Assembly: GCA_965197475.1 (NCBI GenBank)
Contig: CBDANF010000003.1
Coordinates: forward strand, 2,368,001-2,432,000
Length of the DNA stretch: 64,000 bases
Reading direction: 5' to 3'
Source of the DNA: Candidatus Poribacteria bacterium
GTDB lineage: Bacteria > Poribacteria > WGA-4E > WGA-3G
The position numbers and the translations under genes were made by a program. The first letter of the stretch is position 1. Each line of letters begins with the position of its first letter. The notes beneath the pieces are model-generated. The model saw only the letters and a program-made list of their open reading frames with translations, had not been told where the DNA came from and made no database searches. This document shows, one piece after another, positions 60,950-64,000 of the stretch.

Positions 60950-63298
60950 ATGCAAAAAGCAATTTATCTATTTTTAGTAATAAGTTTCGGTTTATTAGTA
61001 AGTTGGATGCCAAGTGTGTGTGCGGATGGCCATACTGACTGTGAGGTTATGAGTTGTGGTGAGATCGTGGAACTGCCAGAGGTAACAGTGACCGCCACAC
61101 GTGCCGAAAAAGACCCATTTAAAACACCAAGCTCTATTACTGTTCTTAATCTAAAACAACTTGAACGGAGCAACGCAGATATCGCGTCTAATCTACTACG
61201 GGATGTCGTTGGCGTTATAGCACAACAGACGACAGTCGGACAAGGTTCGCCGATGCTCAGAAGTCTAACTGGCTATCAGACGTTGGTACAAGTCGATTGG
61301 GTCCGCCTTAATAACTCAACATTTCGCTCAGGACCGAATCAGTACACAGCAACCATTGTGCCAGAAAACCTCTACCGAGCAGAGGTGCTACTCGGATCAA
61401 GTTCTATGTTGTATGGTAGCGGCGCGATGGGGGGCGTTGTCAGTTTCTTTACGAAACCGATACTGCTCAATCCATCACAGGAAACCTGGGAGGTACACCC
61501 ACGACTCTTTGCCCGCTACACGACTGCCACACAAGAACGACTCGGTAGATTAGAGGTAACAGGGAGCCAAGGGCAATTTGGATTCAGTGTTGGGGGCGGC
61601 GTGCGATACTACGGTGACATAAACCCCGGCAGCGGGTACGATCTGCATAATAAAAATCGGAAGTTTGAAATTGTCAACGAAATACCAAGCGGCGTGGAAC
61701 TTTATGACTATAATAAAGTGCGTGAGTTGTCAAGAGAAAGTATCCCTGATAAATGGCTCATTGACAACGAGGGACCTTTGGGTTGGACCGCCTTTGATGG
61801 TGATGCAAAAATTGCGTATCAACTCAACGACACAAGTACTATCAATGTTGCATACCAGATGTGGCGGCAGCCGCAAACACCGCGCTATGATAAAATCGCA
61901 CCACAAGAGTTTGATGAATTCTTTTTTGAGCCGCAAAATCGGGACCTCGTCTATGTTGACTATCAAACAAATCCTGAGAGCAGCATTGACCTATTCCGTC
62001 TGACCGCTTCCTATCACCGCCAAAATGAGGGACGCAACGAGGTGAAGCGTGATGCGACTTCTCGAAGGCAACGATATGATACGGTTAACACCATCGGTTT
62101 AAGTACACAAGCAGTCAGTTCTGTCCTTCCTCGACAACGCATCGTCGGAGGGGGTGAATTCTACTTAGATATGTTGCAGAGTCGGACTGTCAAAACTGAT
62201 CTTGAGACAGGCAAAGAAGATGTTGACGAAAACCTTGGACGTTTCATCAACGGTTCGCAGTTTTGGGATGCGAGTCTATACCTTCAAGATGAAATTACGG
62301 TGCACGAACGACTTGAATTGACCCTCGGTGGTCGTGCAACGCTTTATCAAACCAATGCTGACCTTTCCATCCGGGATGAGACTTTTGATGAATTTAATGA
62401 ATTCGACAGCAGTTTGACAGGAAGTGCTGGGGTAGTTATCGGTTTGACAGACTCGCTGAACTTTGTTGGTAGTATTGCCACAGCGTTTCGCGCCCCTTCG
62501 TTGAATGATACTACAGCAGTGGAAGTTACAAATGAGGGTGTTACGGCACCGAGTCCAAACCTTGAAGCGGAGACTTCATGGACAGTTGAGGGCGGTCTCA
62601 AGATGAAACATACCTACTTCCGTGGTGCGGTTACATTATTCCACAGCCGGGTCAACGGTTTAGTTACGCGCAGACCTGTCCAAGAGGCGTATGAAGATGG
62701 TGAAATCCCTCAACTCCATCAAGACCTTATTAAAGAATATGAGGGAATTGACGTGCTCGTGTTTGACAACGTTGATGAAGCACAGCTTCAAGGGGTTGAA
62801 GTAGCAGGTTTAGTTCCGATTGATCCTGCTTGGTCAGTTTACGGAAATGCAGCGTTGCTGCGCGGGGAAGTCTTGTTGATTAACGGTGTAGCCCCTGATC
62901 CGGATAAGCCTTGGGAGGCACGCACTCGTAGAGAACCGCCTTTGAACGGAATCGTTGGAATCCAGTGGGAACCGGCAAATACGCAGTTTTGGGCAAGTCT
63001 GTTTGTGCGGGGTGCTGCTGAACAGAGGCGTTTGAATCGGAGCGACATCCGCGACCCGCGGATACCGGGGAAAACGCGTGATCCAGCGGAAGTTGAATTT
63101 GACTCTAACGGCAATGCAGTAGATGCTGGTACGCCAGGGTGGTGGACACTTAATGTGCGGGGTGGTGTCAAACTGTTTGAATACACGCGTTTGACGTTAT
63201 CACTTGAAAACCTGCTTGATCGTCGCTATCGACCACACGGGTCAGGCGTGAATTCACCGGGCTTTAATGTGAGTTTGAGTTTAGATAATCGGTTTTAA
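60950..63298 (+). CDS. TonB-dependent outer-membrane receptor
   Basis: Signal peptide, TonB box EVTVTATR, plug (SMLYGSGAMGGVV), AFRAP, PNLEAETS, ENLLDRRY, C-terminal F. Confidence 0.93.
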   Translation: MQKAIYLFLVISFGLLVSWMPSVCADGHTDCEVMSCGEIVELPEVTVTATRAEKDPFKTPSSITVLNLKQLERSNADIASNLLRDVVGVIAQQTTVGQGSPMLRSLTGYQTLVQVDWVRLNNSTFRSGPNQYTATIVPENLYRAEVLLGSSSMLYGSGAMGGVVSFFTKPILLNPSQETWEVHPRLFARYTTATQERLGRLEVTGSQGQFGFSVGGGVRYYGDINPGSGYDLHNKNRKFEIVNEIPSGVELYDYNKVRELSRESIPDKWLIDNEGPLGWTAFDGDAKIAYQLNDTSTINVAYQMWRQPQTPRYDKIAPQEFDEFFFEPQNRDLVYVDYQTNPESSIDLFRLTASYHRQNEGRNEVKRDATSRRQRYDTVNTIGLSTQAVSSVLPRQRIVGGGEFYLDMLQSRTVKTDLETGKEDVDENLGRFINGSQFWDASLYLQDEITVHERLELTLGGRATLYQTNADLSIRDETFDEFNEFDSSLTGSAGVVIGLTDSLNFVGSIATAFRAPSLNDTTAVEVTNEGVTAPSPNLEAETSWTVEGGLKMKHTYFRGAVTLFHSRVNGLVTRRPVQEAYEDGEIPQLHQDLIKEYEGIDVLVFDNVDEAQLQGVEVAGLVPIDPAWSVYGNAALLRGEVLLINGVAPDPDKPWEARTRREPPLNGIVGIQWEPANTQFWASLFVRGAAEQRRLNRSDIRDPRIPGKTRDPAEVEFDSNGNAVDAGTPGWWTLNVRGGVKLFEYTRLTLSLENLLDRRYRPHGSGVNSPGFNVSLSLDNRF

Positions 63299-63337
63299 AG
63301 TCTATATTGGCAGGCGCGGTTAAAACCCGTCTGCAAA

Positions 63338-63850
63338 TTACTTTACCTCAAATTTCCGCTTGATGAATTCCACAACAACCGGCGGCACCATTTCCAGCAA
63401 CTTTTCTTCACTAACTTGCCCTTGTCCCATCTCAACAACCTCCATCACGAGCGTTGAGCTGATATGTGCGTATTGTGTACTTGCCACCATAAAGAGCGTA
63501 TCAATTTCTGGGGCAATCTGCTGATTCATCCGTGCGTACTTGAATTCCCATTCAAAATCAGAGATTTCACGTAGTCCACGAATGATTGTACATGCACCGC
63601 GTGCTTGTGCGTAATACACCATCAGTCCGGCATCGCCATCAATAGTTGCTTTCGGATAGGGTTTAATGACCTCTTCAAGCATTTGGATACGTTCCTCAAT
63701 CGTGAAGCGCTCTGGCTTTGCTGGGTTCACACCGATAACGACTACAAGTTCATCGAAAACATCAAGCTTGCAAACCCGATCAATCAAGTCTGCATGACCG
63801 AGAGTAATCGGATCGAAACTTGCTGGGAAGATTGCAATTTTTTTGGACAT
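63338..63850 (-). CDS. coaD: Phosphopantetheine adenylyltransferase
   Basis: FPASFDPITLGH, IIRGLR..DFEWE, ISST. Start ATG63850. Confidence 0.93.
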   Translation of the reverse strand: MSKKIAIFPASFDPITLGHADLIDRVCKLDVFDELVVVIGVNPAKPERFTIEERIQMLEEVIKPYPKATIDGDAGLMVYYAQARGACTIIRGLREISDFEWEFKYARMNQQIAPEIDTLFMVASTQYAHISSTLVMEVVEMGQGQVSEEKLLEMVPPVVVEFIKRKFEVK

Positions 63851-64000
63851 TTTTACTCCTTTCATGTATAAATTAAGGCTCTTTAGACGGTTCTGATGTT
63901 TTCTCCTTAATATGGAATTCTCGTGATGCGATGTTTCCATGCATGTCAATCATCCGAAGTTTAACAATCTTTATTTCAGGATATGTTATTTCAAAAGCAA

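Noticed and set aside
63820-63835. CoaD PASFDP instead of PGSFDP as a sign of inactivation
   Set aside because: Single conservative change; TLGH, RGLR and ISS motifs are intact.

Overview
The window has three parts. (1) Bases 1-5.9 kb are an accessory cassette: two tandem paralogous membrane-anchored proteins with a His-triad motif and TPR-like helices, a secreted HExxH zinc metalloprotease with three 6-Cys repeats, a hairpin, and a short GspC-like (T2SS HR domain) gene. A decayed second copy of the 'Cys-rich secreted protein + hairpin + GspC-like' module lies at 27.3-28.8 kb behind an IS. This repeated module is my best candidate for an undescribed system. (2) Bases 6.3-26 kb are the str-S10-spc-alpha ribosomal superoperon, which lacks rpmD, adk, map and infA at their usual positions. 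It carries many atypical residues and insertions at accuracy and antibiotic sites (S12, S5, S10, EF-Tu, L3, L4, L5, L6, L22). (3) Bases 28.8-64 kb hold Gfo/Idh/MocA oxidoreductases, GH127, an ECF-sigma/TM/WD40 fusion, a WD40 family including pseudogenes, mutL, truD, a UvrD with inserted nuclease domains, PhyH dioxygenases, a TonB-dependent receptor and coaD. Intergenic regions contain nested MITE/REP composites. The WD40, PhyH and ECF expansions suggest Ca. Poribacteria or a similar sponge symbiont (inference). All calls come from reading the sequence and from recalled family motifs; no searches were run.
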